DNA of 64,000 nt from an uncultured Gammaproteobacteria bacterium (lineage in GTDB: Bacteria > Pseudomonadota > Gammaproteobacteria > UBA9214), in NCBI GenBank assembly GCA_963773065.1, contig CAVYZN010000005.1:96001-160000 (forward strand), in the 5' to 3' direction. Below are positions 9,933 to 20,463 of the stretch, piece by piece. Each line of letters starts with the position of its first letter. Within the stretch, counting starts at the first letter, position 1. Both the position numbers and the translations under genes were made by a program. The notes beneath the pieces were generated by a model. The model was not told the origin of the DNA, ran no database searches, and saw only the letters and a program-made list of their open reading frames with translations.

Positions 9933-10397
9933 ACGCTTGGAACAAGCGGATAAAACTTCGAATTGCGCTTTCGCAGCCGTGCAATGATCACGATCTTTCC
10001 AGAGAACACAGGGTAAATACTAACGTCAGTGCCATGACTCTACATGGGTAATGATTTTTCAATTCAGTCATCAGGCAGTATAACGTCAGCGATTTGTGAT
10101 AGTGTCGAAATCATTTACATGATTGATTACTTAAGTAACAGAAGTTATGTATCTGTAATACCTATATAAATAGAATCCTCGGCAATTGATCATGTCGAAT
10201 TTCCTTTCAGATCGCTACTAGGTATCTTTACGTATGCATTGATAAGTTATTGTTTTTCATATGGAGATAATTACTGGCATGGGTATTGCCTAATATATTT
10301 AGGAAAACTACGTAATTAGTGGTCGCAAACCAATATTCAAACCACTGATGAACTAGAGAAAAGAAAAAAATGGTGTTTTTACGGAGTTCACATAATG
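9933..10397 (+). repeat. Copy 2 of the duplicated upstream module; enhancer boxes at 10103-10119 and 10193-10209
   Basis: Aligns with 4005-4477. Confidence 0.95.
10275..10289 (+). promoter_or_regulatory. Sigma-54 (-24/-12) promoter
   Basis: TGGCATGGGTATTGC, correct spacing, paralogous to 4347-4361. Confidence 0.85.
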
Positions 10398-11072
10398 CGT
10401 ATACCACGTCTGCTCGGTGCGGCAAGCGCCTGTGCAATTAGTTTAGCTGTCGTTACATCTATCAATGCGGCTCCGGTTTATACCGGCACCTACGTTGATA
10501 TGTATCTGAAGCAAAATACCTTTCCGCCCGATCTATCGGAGGATAAGGTTTATCTCGATGCGGATACAGCGACCACAATTACCGGTCACGTTGGCTCCCA
10601 GACTGGGACACCACTGGTCAGCTTTTCATCAACGACCGACACACTTGTTGCGAACAACGGGTTTTCGAGCATTAAATCGGTTAATGGGAATATTAACAAC
10701 ATTACGATTACTGCCCCAGGATATTGGTTTGAAGACCTGATTTTCAGCGTGATGTTGTCGAATGGTAATTCTGATCTATCTGTTACGGCCGAAAACAATT
10801 CAGGGGGAACTGATGTCAATACTGCCTGGACATTAGGAAATGGCGAAAATCGTATTTTAGTGCTCGCTAAAGGTGACAATTTGATGCAATCAGTTACAGT
10901 TGACTCTTTATCCGGTTTTAACGCGCTTGGTGGTCTAAATCAGTTCAAGCAAACTGAAATTTCCGGATTGACAGTTGTCCCAGCGGCTGTCCCAGTGCCT
11001 AACGCCATCTGGTTGTTCGGTTCAGGACTGCTTGGCATGGCCGCGGTAGCGCGCAGGAAAATGCCCGGCTAA
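10395..11072 (+). CDS. VPLPA-CTERM (PEP-CTERM-like) sorting-domain protein
   Basis: Signal peptide; C-terminal VPVPNAIWLFGSGLLGMAAVARRK. Confidence 0.9.
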   Translation: MRIPRLLGAASACAISLAVVTSINAAPVYTGTYVDMYLKQNTFPPDLSEDKVYLDADTATTITGHVGSQTGTPLVSFSSTTDTLVANNGFSSIKSVNGNINNITITAPGYWFEDLIFSVMLSNGNSDLSVTAENNSGGTDVNTAWTLGNGENRILVLAKGDNLMQSVTVDSLSGFNALGGLNQFKQTEISGLTVVPAAVPVPNAIWLFGSGLLGMAAVARRKMPG

Positions 11073-11117
11073 AAAACCCTGTTTCTCTGATTCAGCAACA
11101 ACAAGAAAACAATTTTC

Positions 11118-11446
<329 letters not shown>

Positions 11447-11449
11447 CTC

Positions 11450-11481
11450 AAAGAGGATGCAACTGCATCCTCTTTCTTTTT
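11450..11481 (+). terminator. Rho-independent terminator
   Basis: AAAGAGGATGCA-AC-TGCATCCTCTTT followed by CTTTTT; resembles the 5247 terminator. Confidence 0.8.
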
Positions 11482-11836
11482 CCAGCGGTCCCGACAATGC
11501 TATTGTCTGGGATCCCCCCACTTCGTGACAATTCCCAGAAGAACGGAACACCTGTGGTACTTGCCAACTGTCAAGGAAAATCCTCTTTAGATATCCCGAT
11601 TGGTACGCATGCACGTCCCGCATTTTGGCGGGATGAGGGGAAGCCGAGAGCAACTAGATACGGACAATCACTGCTGAAGTCGCTTATGACACCTTTCTGA
11701 TTCCGTGTTCTTCCGCGTGTTCCGTGGCGATTACGAGTTTAGTTATAGCCAATCTGAATACCCCTTCACATATCACGCTTCACCTTAACCAAATATCCCG
11801 CTCAATCGTCATGGTTCACGGGGTGCCTGAGGCAAA

Positions 11837-13639
11837 TCAGGCCGAGTGCGGGTTCAACTCGGGGAGTTCCGTCTTTGCACGGTGTGGATTGCGCCGGCGA
11901 TGCGAGAACAACCGCGGACGCAACTGGTTCCTGAAATCGCTCTTCCAGGCATTGAAGTCCAGTGGCCGTGCACCGTAGATCGCGCTATCCAATGATTGGA
12001 CCAGGGCACGGAGTTTGGCCGGTTCGGCCTGCGGGTTGACCTCGATGAGTTTCTCCACGATTTGCGGCAATGGCGTATATGGCGCGATCTTGAGATGCTG
12101 GCAGATGCGGTTCTTGAACTGCACGCACCATTCCCGGGGACTGTCCTCCTGTTCGATACAGCGTGTGCACATCCAAAGCTTGATCGGTAGGGGCATGAAT
12201 AGCACGAGACCCATGCGCAGTTTTCGCAGGTACTTAATAACATTCAATCGCTGCATGGCGGCATGTGATGCGGCCATCGTCCGCCCCTTCACCGTAACCA
12301 ACGCGGTCACAGTTGCCGCCACGGCGGTTTTGAGAATCGGGCGTGTGCGCGCCCAGTTACCCAACCAGTAACCCACGATCATCCCCAGGGTAATCAGCAA
12401 GGGAAACCAGAAGAAGATGGAGTATCCACTGCCGCTGACTGCGCGTGCGGCATTTGCACTAATCCCGCTGCTCGGCAAGGCTTCAGGCTGATCGGACTGG
12501 CCGGCGATTTCGACGGTGTTCGAATCGACGTCCCACCACGCAACCCCGAGTTGGGGTAACCGTATCCAGCCATCCTTGAGGGGTATCAGGGTGTAGGTTT
12601 CCTTGCGGCTACCGATCAGGTAGGCCCCGTCATTTGAAATGCCATTTTTGGTCGTGGTCGATTCGCGATATACGCGGAAATCGTCGCTCACAAGTTGCTG
12701 TTCGAGCGTGGGCAGTTGGTCGCCGAGAGCCCCCTTGGCTTCCAGCTCAAGGGTCAGGGTTACCGGGGTGCCCTCCTTGACGCGTTGTTCATTCGACAAC
12801 TGCGCTTTCAATTTCAAATCATTCAACGGCAGCCAGGGTTTCACGGTCGGCTCTGCCGGCTGCACCCGGAGGGTAATAGGTTTGATGGAGGCTATCGTGA
12901 ACGCCTCGTCGACACCTGCAGCCGGTGGCATACCCGGCATGACATTCCATTGCGTGTTACTGGCCGCTTGTGTTCCCTTGAAGCTGATGACAGGTATCAC
13001 GATTTCACCCGAGCGCAGTGGTGTCAGCTTGAAATGGTAGGTATTGACGATTTCTCGGTTAGCGCTGTATTTGTCCGTGCGCATACTCGCAACAGGGCCA
13101 TCCACTTTCTGCAGCACGGCTCCTTCTATGTACGGCAGGATCGGGTTCAGCGTCATGAGATTATCACTGCTGACCACGCGCACGGCGTAAACGATATTCT
13201 GCTGTTCAAAAGGCGAAGTCTCGCTGACTTCTACCTCGACATTCGGTTGGCCGGCCGCGGCGGTCGCGGGTGTTTGTCCGGCGTATGGTGCATAGGCCTG
13301 CGGTGGCAGCATCGGGTTAAGCGCGCCTGGCCAACCGGTGTTGGGCGCTCCGCCGAGATAATATCCGCTGTCGGCACCGTTATTCATGGTCTGGTAACTG
13401 TAGCTGTAACTGTAGCCATTGCTGCCGCTGGCGGAGTTGTTCTCGACCTGAAGGCCGGGCTTGTATGCTCCGATATTGCCCCATGGACGATTTGTGGTGG
13501 TGCGAGAAGACTTTCCGCCGCCTTGATTACCGCTAGTGCTGAAACTGAAGGAGAAACTACTGGCCGTCTGGGTGACGCCGGAGAGGAAACTTGTCAGCAG
13601 ACAGATGAGACAGAATCGGGACATTTTCATACGATACAT
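11837..13639 (-). CDS. BatD family protein with Gly/Ser/Tyr/Pro-rich N-terminal extension
   Basis: Signal peptide; Ig-like BatD repeats (LTPLRSGEIVIP, WLPLNDLKL, GTPVTLTLELEAKG, VAWWDV); single TM; ends a MoxR-VWA operon. Confidence 0.8.
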   Translation of the reverse strand: MYRMKMSRFCLICLLTSFLSGVTQTASSFSFSFSTSGNQGGGKSSRTTTNRPWGNIGAYKPGLQVENNSASGSNGYSYSYSYQTMNNGADSGYYLGGAPNTGWPGALNPMLPPQAYAPYAGQTPATAAAGQPNVEVEVSETSPFEQQNIVYAVRVVSSDNLMTLNPILPYIEGAVLQKVDGPVASMRTDKYSANREIVNTYHFKLTPLRSGEIVIPVISFKGTQAASNTQWNVMPGMPPAAGVDEAFTIASIKPITLRVQPAEPTVKPWLPLNDLKLKAQLSNEQRVKEGTPVTLTLELEAKGALGDQLPTLEQQLVSDDFRVYRESTTTKNGISNDGAYLIGSRKETYTLIPLKDGWIRLPQLGVAWWDVDSNTVEIAGQSDQPEALPSSGISANAARAVSGSGYSIFFWFPLLITLGMIVGYWLGNWARTRPILKTAVAATVTALVTVKGRTMAASHAAMQRLNVIKYLRKLRMGLVLFMPLPIKLWMCTRCIEQEDSPREWCVQFKNRICQHLKIAPYTPLPQIVEKLIEVNPQAEPAKLRALVQSLDSAIYGARPLDFNAWKSDFRNQLRPRLFSHRRRNPHRAKTELPELNPHSA

Positions 13640-13742
13640 AATATTACCCTGTTGCCGTGATTGTGCATGTCGGATCAGGCATTAACATGCGCGGAATTAT
13701 TAGAATGCCCCACGTAGCATGATATAGCACAGAACACTACTT

Positions 13743-15515
13743 TTACCATGGTCTCGTTTCCATCACCATTCGTCCACGGCGATCCAATTCCTGCCGTTCC
13801 TCGATCATGAACTGGTTTTTCAACAAATAGGTCGGATCACCTTCAATCTGCTCCAGCAATTGATCCATCATGATCATTGAGATATCGGACCCTGGTTTGC
13901 CGTTTTCATCGGGTATGCCGGCAGGCTTTTCCGCATTCTTTCCACCAGGACCGGTCCCCAACTGGTCAAATCGGTCCACGGCCTGGCTTGCCTTGGTATC
14001 CTTTTCAGTGATTTCGCCGGGAGACCTGCCTGAGCCGGCTGACTGCTCGGACCCGCTACCCGCTTCCTGCTGGTCGCGTTTCTTATCGCCTCCCGCAGCA
14101 TCTTTATCTTCGTCCTTCCCACCGCCGCCCATCTCCAGCCCGACATCCCCTAGACTACCATTCTTTTCATCGGGTTTCACACCGCCATCACCCGAGTCCT
14201 TTTGTTTATCCTGGCCACCCGCCTTGGACTCCAGTTGCTGTTTTTCACCTCCGGACTCTCCCTCGGGTTTCTCCTCTTTACCCGCCTGACTTTCTGGCTT
14301 TGATTTTTCAGCGGATTGGCCCTTGGATTCCTGCTCCGGGTTAGCCGATTCCTCCTTGGCATCCTCCTCCTTTCCCTTGTTTCCCTTTAATTTCTGGTCC
14401 TTTTCGCTGGATTCACCCATGGATTCTTGCTTGCCGGCGTTGCCACTGGTTTCCTCGCCCTTGTCTCCGGATTTGCCTTGAGTGTCCTTTTTGTCCGACG
14501 CACCCTTTGATTCCTTGTCCTGCTTACCCGATGCTCCCTCGGAATCCTGTTTGTCAGACTGGCCTTTTGACTCCTGATCCTGTTTCCCGGATTCACCCTT
14601 CGATTCCTGGTCACCGGACTGTTGTTTGGATTCCTTCTGCTGGTCGCCGGACTTCTGTTCCTTGGACTCCTGCTGCTGGTCGCCGGATTTCTGTTCCTTG
14701 GATTCCTGCTGCTGGTCGCCGGACTTCTGTTCCTTGGACTCCTTCTGCTGGTCGCCGGACTTCTGTTCCTTGGACTCCTTCTGCTGGTCGCCGGACTTCT
14801 GTTCCTTGGACTCCTTCTGCTGGTCGCCGGACTTCTGTTCCTTGGATTCCTTCTGCTGGTCGCCGGATTTCTGTTCCTTGGACTCCTTCTGCTGGTCGCC
14901 GGATTTCTGCTCCTTGGATTCCTTCTGCTGGTCGCCGGACTTCTGTTCCTTGGATTCCTTCTGCTGGTCGCCGGACTTCTGCTCCTTAGATTTCTGTTCC
15001 TCGGACTTCTTTTCTTCAGATTTCTGCTTATCTTCTGGCTGGTCCTTTTTTTCCTCAACCATCTCCTCGGTCTTGGTCTCCTCGACCATTTTCTTCGCTA
15101 GCCCCAGATTGTGCAGCGTGTCTTCATCATTGGCGCGCAACGTCAGCGACTGTTCGTAGGCTTCGATCGCGCCAGGGTAATCACTTTGCTTGAAACGGGT
15201 ATTGCCGAGGTTGTAGAGGGCATCCGCCTTGACATCCTCACGCTTGACGCTGGCAAATGCTTCACCGGCATCCTTATAACGGCCTGCACGGTAAAGTGCG
15301 ACGCCGCGCCGGTAAGCATCGGAAAAACCGCTCGCCGCAGCCGCGTAGTCACCCTCTTCATAGTTTTTGGCAGCTTCCTGCTCGGGGGTTTTGAACAGGG
15401 CGGCACCGGCCGTCATTGGTACGCCCAGCGCTGCCAGCAGGAGCCACACTGTACCGCCCCGCAACAGCTTCCAACGGTAGGCCATGTGCTGATCGGATCC
15501 TGGTCTTCGCATCAT
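13743..15515 (-). CDS. BatC-like TPR protein with long charged low-complexity linker
   Basis: GVALYRAGRY, ALYNLGN, AIEAYEQSL TPRs; QEKS-rich linker; C-terminal LEQIEGDP..LLKNQF...RPW. Confidence 0.8.
   Translation of the reverse strand: MMRRPGSDQHMAYRWKLLRGGTVWLLLAALGVPMTAGAALFKTPEQEAAKNYEEGDYAAAASGFSDAYRRGVALYRAGRYKDAGEAFASVKREDVKADALYNLGNTRFKQSDYPGAIEAYEQSLTLRANDEDTLHNLGLAKKMVEETKTEEMVEEKKDQPEDKQKSEEKKSEEQKSKEQKSGDQQKESKEQKSGDQQKESKEQKSGDQQKESKEQKSGDQQKESKEQKSGDQQKESKEQKSGDQQKESKEQKSGDQQKESKEQKSGDQQQESKEQKSGDQQQESKEQKSGDQQKESKQQSGDQESKGESGKQDQESKGQSDKQDSEGASGKQDKESKGASDKKDTQGKSGDKGEETSGNAGKQESMGESSEKDQKLKGNKGKEEDAKEESANPEQESKGQSAEKSKPESQAGKEEKPEGESGGEKQQLESKAGGQDKQKDSGDGGVKPDEKNGSLGDVGLEMGGGGKDEDKDAAGGDKKRDQQEAGSGSEQSAGSGRSPGEITEKDTKASQAVDRFDQLGTGPGGKNAEKPAGIPDENGKPGSDISMIMMDQLLEQIEGDPTYLLKNQFMIEERQELDRRGRMVMETRPW
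14630..14989. repeat. Coding tandem repeat, about 10 x 36 bp (KEQKSGDQQKES)
   Basis: TGGTCGCCGG recurs every 36 bp from 14641 to 14965. Confidence 0.95.
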
Positions 15516-16548
15516 TTTGTTCGCCGGTAACTTGGAAGCGTCCGCCGGAACTGCGGCAACAGCAACAGCACTGCCAGTCCGGCCAGGAGGTAGAAACGTT
15601 CATTCCAGACCCGGGTGCGTTCGTCCCGTTCCGTGTTGGGCAAGCGCCGCCGCCTTCACCTGGGCGAGGATATCGCGGGTATCACTATCCCGGTAATCCG
15701 CCCTCTCGTATATCCCGCCACCGGCCGATGCGAGTGCTTTCAGTTCCGGTTCGTTCAGTGCGGATATTACCGGTTGACCGTTTCCTGGCCGTTAGCCAGG
15801 GATTATCGTTAGCCGGGACGGCACCGCCTTCCGGGGTACCGACACCCAACACATGCACGCGCACCCCGGCGTCAGCGAAGGATCGCACCCGTTCTTCCAG
15901 TCCCGCTTCATCAAAATCCCCATCGGTGATGATCAGCAGCGAGTTGACACTTTCCGCCGGCTGGCCGGCAATAAGTTCCTTCGCCCGGTCAAGTGCAAAC
16001 GAAAGCCGGCTTCCCTGGAGCTGCACCAGCCGGGTATCGAGCGCGGACAATACCCGGCGTATGCCATTCATGTCTTCCGTGATCGGTGATACCACATGCG
16101 CAACCGATGCGAAGGCAATCAATCCCACACGTATGCCCCGGTTCTGGTTAAGGATGTCTTCGAGTTCCTGACGTGCACGCGCCAGCCGCGTGGGCTTAAC
16201 ATCCGTCACGTTCCATGGAACGCGAAATATCGAACAACACCAGAAGATTGGTGCCCGGCTTGAACAACTGCACATCCGTGAAATCCCAGCGTGGACCCGC
16301 CATGGCCAGCACCATCAAGGTCCAAATACCCGTCCAGCGTGCAAAACGTTTCCAGCGCGTCCGTGGTGAGGTCTCCGTGCGACCGAGGAGATAGGGCATC
16401 AGATGGGCATCGGCATAGTTGCGTATCCGTTCATTCCTGCCAAGGCCGGGAAGAATCAGCAGCCAGAGGGCAACCGGGATGCAGAGCAGCAGGGCCCATA
16501 GCCAGGCGGGCTCCGAGAAATGGAAGGATGCGAGAAAGCCTCATCCAT
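15512..16548 (-). CDS. BatB-like VWA domain protein (several frameshifts)
   Basis: LAMAGPRW, MIDAS LFDISRSM, DVKPTRLARARQ, RVGLIAFA, LIITDGD, LGVGTPEG and WNERFY in successive frames. Confidence 0.8.
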
Positions 16549-17579
16549 GCGCGCGTGCCCTGAACCAGGTCCTGGGTATGCCATCCGGGAACAGGCCAAG
16601 CACCAGCAGGACAAACAGCGCCACGCCCAGTGGCCAGCGATAGAGCGGGCTGGGAATCATGACGCTGCGCGATTCTGCCTTGGTTTTTTCCAGCGTATCG
16701 ATGCGTTGATAAATCTTTCTCCAGCGCATCGGTATCCGTGGCTCGGAAGTAGGCGCCGCCGGTCATGTCCGCAAGTTCAGTCAACAATTCCTCGTCGATT
16801 TCCATCTTTTGCTCGGTCATCCGGCCGTCTTCGATGAATGGCACCAGTCCCTTGCTGCCCACGCCTATCGTGTAGATACGGATTCCTTCCTTGGCGGCCA
16901 GTTGCCCGGCCAAGCGGGGCGGTAGGCTGCCCGCGGTGTTTTCACCATCGGTAAGCAGGATCATGACTCTCGATCCCTCCGGGCGTTCCCGCAATTTTTT
17001 TACAGCCAGGCCAACGCCATCACCGATTGCCGTGGCGTCGCCGGCCATGCCTGAGACGATGCTGTCTACCAGTGCATGCACTGCACTGACGTCCAGTGTC
17101 ATCGGTGAGAACACAAATGCCTGACCGCCGAAAACTACCATCCCGATGCGATCCCCCTGCCGGGCCTGTATAAAACGTCCGATCACGCCCTTGACCACCG
17201 CCATGCGTGTGACCTGCCGGCCATTGACGCTAAAATCCAGGGCCTCCATGGACCGCGAGGTATCGATAACCAGCATCAGGTCATAGCCTTCGGTACGCAC
17301 CTCTGAATAGGGTTCCAGCCACTCCGGGCGCATCAGGGCGAGGATCAAGGCGACCCATAGCAGGGCCAGCATGATGGTCTTCTGCAAGCTGCCCGTATGG
17401 GTAAGGGATCGGGCCGACAAAAAAGTTGACGCCAACCGGCCAAGCGCCGGGTGCAGCAAGGTAGTGCCCTCACCCTGGCTGTAGTAATCGGATGGCTTGT
17501 GACGGCGCGGCCAGAACTTCCAGACGAGCAGCGGGAGCGGCAATAACAGGGCAAGCCACGGCCAATGAAAACTAAACAT
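16541..17579 (-). CDS. BatA-like VWA domain protein (frameshift near 3' end)
   Basis: MFSFHWPW.., DLMLVIDTSRSM, DRIGMVVFG, TAIGDG, ILLTDGENTAG, IYTIGVG, TGGAYFRA; ends IYQRIDTLEK..LYRWPL. Confidence 0.88.
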
Positions 17580-18141
17580 GGCCAGACCCGGTTTTGCCAA
17601 GTATGCCGACCCGGACCGTCCGGATACGAGTCCGCACACCCATGCCCTTGCGCGTCGGTTGTGTAGCATCAATCCAGCGCGTTGCCGCGCGTATCAGCAA
17701 CGCCAGCTCCTTGCGTTCAACCTCCATGGACGGCGGCATGTATGGCGCCTTCAGCAGCACCTGGCCGCGTTCTTCCCAGTCAAAGCCGCTGGTATCCTTC
17801 TCCGCAAGCCAGTGCAGCCAGGTTTCCCCCGTCAATCCGGCGGCAACGCGGCGGCCACTGCGCGCCATCGCGATGCGCCGCAGAAGTTCCGATAACCGTC
17901 CCGCCACTTCCCGGGGATTTTCCCTCAGCAATGCCTTGCGCAAAGCATTGAGTTTGCGACGGGCATCGCTGCGCCAGCCCAACCACGGTCCATGGCGTAC
18001 CAGCCAGTATCCAATGACGATAACCACCGGGACAAGAGCGAGAGCGGCAATGACGTACCACCAACCCGGAGCCGGTGGCCACCAAGGAACCCCATCAAGG
18101 CCATGGATATCACGCAGGGTTCCCGAAAATGATTTCATCAT
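17572..18141 (-). CDS. DUF4381 family protein
   Basis: LRDIH..VPWWPPAPGWW, LLRRIA, AGLTGETWL. Confidence 0.85.
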   Translation of the reverse strand: MMKSFSGTLRDIHGLDGVPWWPPAPGWWYVIAALALVPVVIVIGYWLVRHGPWLGWRSDARRKLNALRKALLRENPREVAGRLSELLRRIAMARSGRRVAAGLTGETWLHWLAEKDTSGFDWEERGQVLLKAPYMPPSMEVERKELALLIRAATRWIDATQPTRKGMGVRTRIRTVRVGILGKTGSGHV

Positions 18142-18143
18142 GT

Positions 18144-19059
18144 CTACACCCTGCCTCCCGCGTAACGCCGCAAGCCTTCAGTCAATACATAATGCACATC
18201 GGCGTCTGTGCTGACGGGAATAAAACCGATCCCGAGCCGGTAAGCCATCTGTTGGACCTCATTGCGACGCAATTCCCAATCGTCGCGAAATGCCTGCCGG
18301 CCCCGTTCATTATCCGTATCCACTTCCAGCAACTCGCCAACGGCATTGGAGAAAATGACGGATCCCATGGCGGGAAGGTCGCTATCGGCAGGATCATCGA
18401 TTGGCAGTAACAGTACATCATGGCGCTGACGCAGACTTCCCAGTGTGCGTTCCAGGCCGATCGAGACCTGGTTGATGGCGGCAATGACAAAGATCAACGA
18501 CCCGGTCGTGCTGCCGGAATCCAGATGCTGCAGCGCGGCAATTATTCGGGTGTCATCGATCTCGCCATGCTCGGCCGGTTTTGTCAGTGCTCGTAACAGA
18601 CGCCACAGACCGCGCCGCCCCGGGGTCGCCCGGAAATACTGGGTACCCATGGCCGGATTACCGAAGAGCACGCCACCAACCCGATCCTGCTGTTTGCTCG
18701 CGGCCCAGCCAATCAGCGCTGCGGTGCGCGCCGCCTGGATGGATTTGAAGGTGCCGCGGGTGCCAAAACTCATGTGCGGTCCGGTGTCGACGCACAGCAT
18801 GACGTTGCGCTGCCGTTCTTCGCGAAACACCTTGAGATGCGGCCTGCCGGTGCGGGCCGTGACCAGCCAGTCCATGTTGCGGATATCGTCACCTTCCCGA
18901 TACTCGCGCACTTCCTCGAAGTCCAGCCCGGTACCGCGGAAAACCGAAGAATAAAGGCCGGCGAAGGTCGAATTGACAAGATGATGCGCGGCGACACCCA
19001 GCGTCACGCGCCTGATGGCGAAGTTCTAGCAGGTCATCGAGCCGTGGATAGAGAATCAT
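18144..19059 (-). CDS. DUF58 domain protein (frameshift near 5' end)
   Basis: FRGTGLDFEEVREYREGDDIRNMDWLVTARTG, FREERQR; upstream frame reads MILYPRLDDLLELR. Confidence 0.9.
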
Positions 19060-19133
19060 TATTGGTCACAGGCCCGGATTAAGCGGAAAAGGTACAACAA
19101 TAGACACACCCGAACGGGCTACTGCTGAATGCA

Positions 19134-20126
19134 TCACGGAATTGCAACGACCTCCAGCAGTCGTCTGATGAAATCGCTGGTTGTTACCCCTTCCGCCTCG
19201 CCTTCAAAGGTCAACAGTATGCGGTGTCGCAGGACATCAGGCGCCACTGACTGGATATGATGGGGGGCAACGAATTCGTCGCCATCGAGCCATGCCCTGG
19301 CGCGCGCGCAACGCGCCAGAGCAATGGTTGCACGCGGTGAAGCGCCAAAGCGGCACCAGCGTTTGAGATCGGCATCGTAGGCACCCGGCTTACGGCTGGC
19401 TTGCACGAGATCCACGATGTAATTGTTCAACTTGGGATCGAGGTAGAGTTTTGTGGCATCCTCCCGCACTTTGAAGAGCTCCTCCTGGGATAATACCCTG
19501 GCAGGTGGTTCAGGCGATTTCAGCAGTTGTTTACTGTCGAGTTCGAGGATGGCCAGTTCTTCATCCCGATTCGGGTAATCCACCCAGACGTGCATCAGGA
19601 AGCGGTCCAGTTGGGCTTCCGGCAAGTGATAAGTGCCTTCCTGCTCGATCGGATTCTGTGTTGCCAGCACCATAAACAGTCTGGGCATGGTATAGGTATG
19701 CAGGCCCACAGTTACCTGATATTCACCCATGGCCTCAAGCAGCGCCGACTGTACCTTCGCCGGTGCCCGGTTCACTTCATCGGCAAGCAGGATATTGTGA
19801 AAAAGCGGCCCGGGACGAAACTCGAATTCACCCTTTTCATGACGGTAGATATCGGTTCCTATCAGGTCGGATGGTAACAGATCCGGTGTGAACTGAATGC
19901 GGTGAAAATTGCCTTCGATGGCTTCCGCCAATGATTTTACCGCTGTCGTCTTCGCCAGACCGGGCATGCCCTCCACCAGAAGATGTCCCTGGCTCAACAG
20001 GCAGATGAGCATGCTGTCAACGAGATCGCGCTGTCCGATAACCCGTGAGGCGAGGTGGGCACGGACACTGTCTAGTACCGAGGGATCGATGTGGCGGTTA
20101 ATCGCCTGGCTGCTGACGTTCAACAA
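19134..20126 (-). CDS. moxR: MoxR family AAA+ ATPase
   Basis: Walker A GMPGLAKT, RIQFTPDLLPSD, Walker B LADEVNRA, ATQNPIEQEGTY.LPEAQLDRF, GASPRA. Confidence 0.95.
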   Translation of the reverse strand: MLNVSSQAINRHIDPSVLDSVRAHLASRVIGQRDLVDSMLICLLSQGHLLVEGMPGLAKTTAVKSLAEAIEGNFHRIQFTPDLLPSDLIGTDIYRHEKGEFEFRPGPLFHNILLADEVNRAPAKVQSALLEAMGEYQVTVGLHTYTMPRLFMVLATQNPIEQEGTYHLPEAQLDRFLMHVWVDYPNRDEELAILELDSKQLLKSPEPPARVLSQEELFKVREDATKLYLDPKLNNYIVDLVQASRKPGAYDADLKRWCRFGASPRATIALARCARARAWLDGDEFVAPHHIQSVAPDVLRHRILLTFEGEAEGVTTSDFIRRLLEVVAIP

Positions 20127-20463
20127 TGCACTGGTCTCCTGGACACTTCGGTATTCAATCCCGAAGATAATCAGTTTATAACCCGCCTTATGTTATCCCG
20201 ATTTACAGATGATGTTTACGGATTTCAAACTGAATGGGGTACAGTCGGACTGTCGATTTAATTGATAATGATACATTTATAAACTTAATATTCATTTATT
20301 ACAAGCGATGTCCGATTGATCTGAATCAATATTCCCAGACGTTTCTGACAATCTTGTCATGCTGAGAGTGTCGGATGGGAATGCGGACCTGGCCTTGTTC
20401 GCAGGCCTATTGACAGCTTTATCGATGCCTCGAAACGAAGGGGAGTTTCTGACTTATTCAGGT

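Noticed and set aside
11701-11728. Short TTCCG(T/C)G iterations
   Set aside because: Single occurrence of about 28 bp; cannot be assigned to an element.
14630-14989. 36 bp repeats as a CRISPR array, and the antisense Cys-rich/Leu-rich ORFs
   Set aside because: Repeats are head to tail with no spacers, in frame within BatC, and no cas genes are present. The antisense ORFs are shadows.
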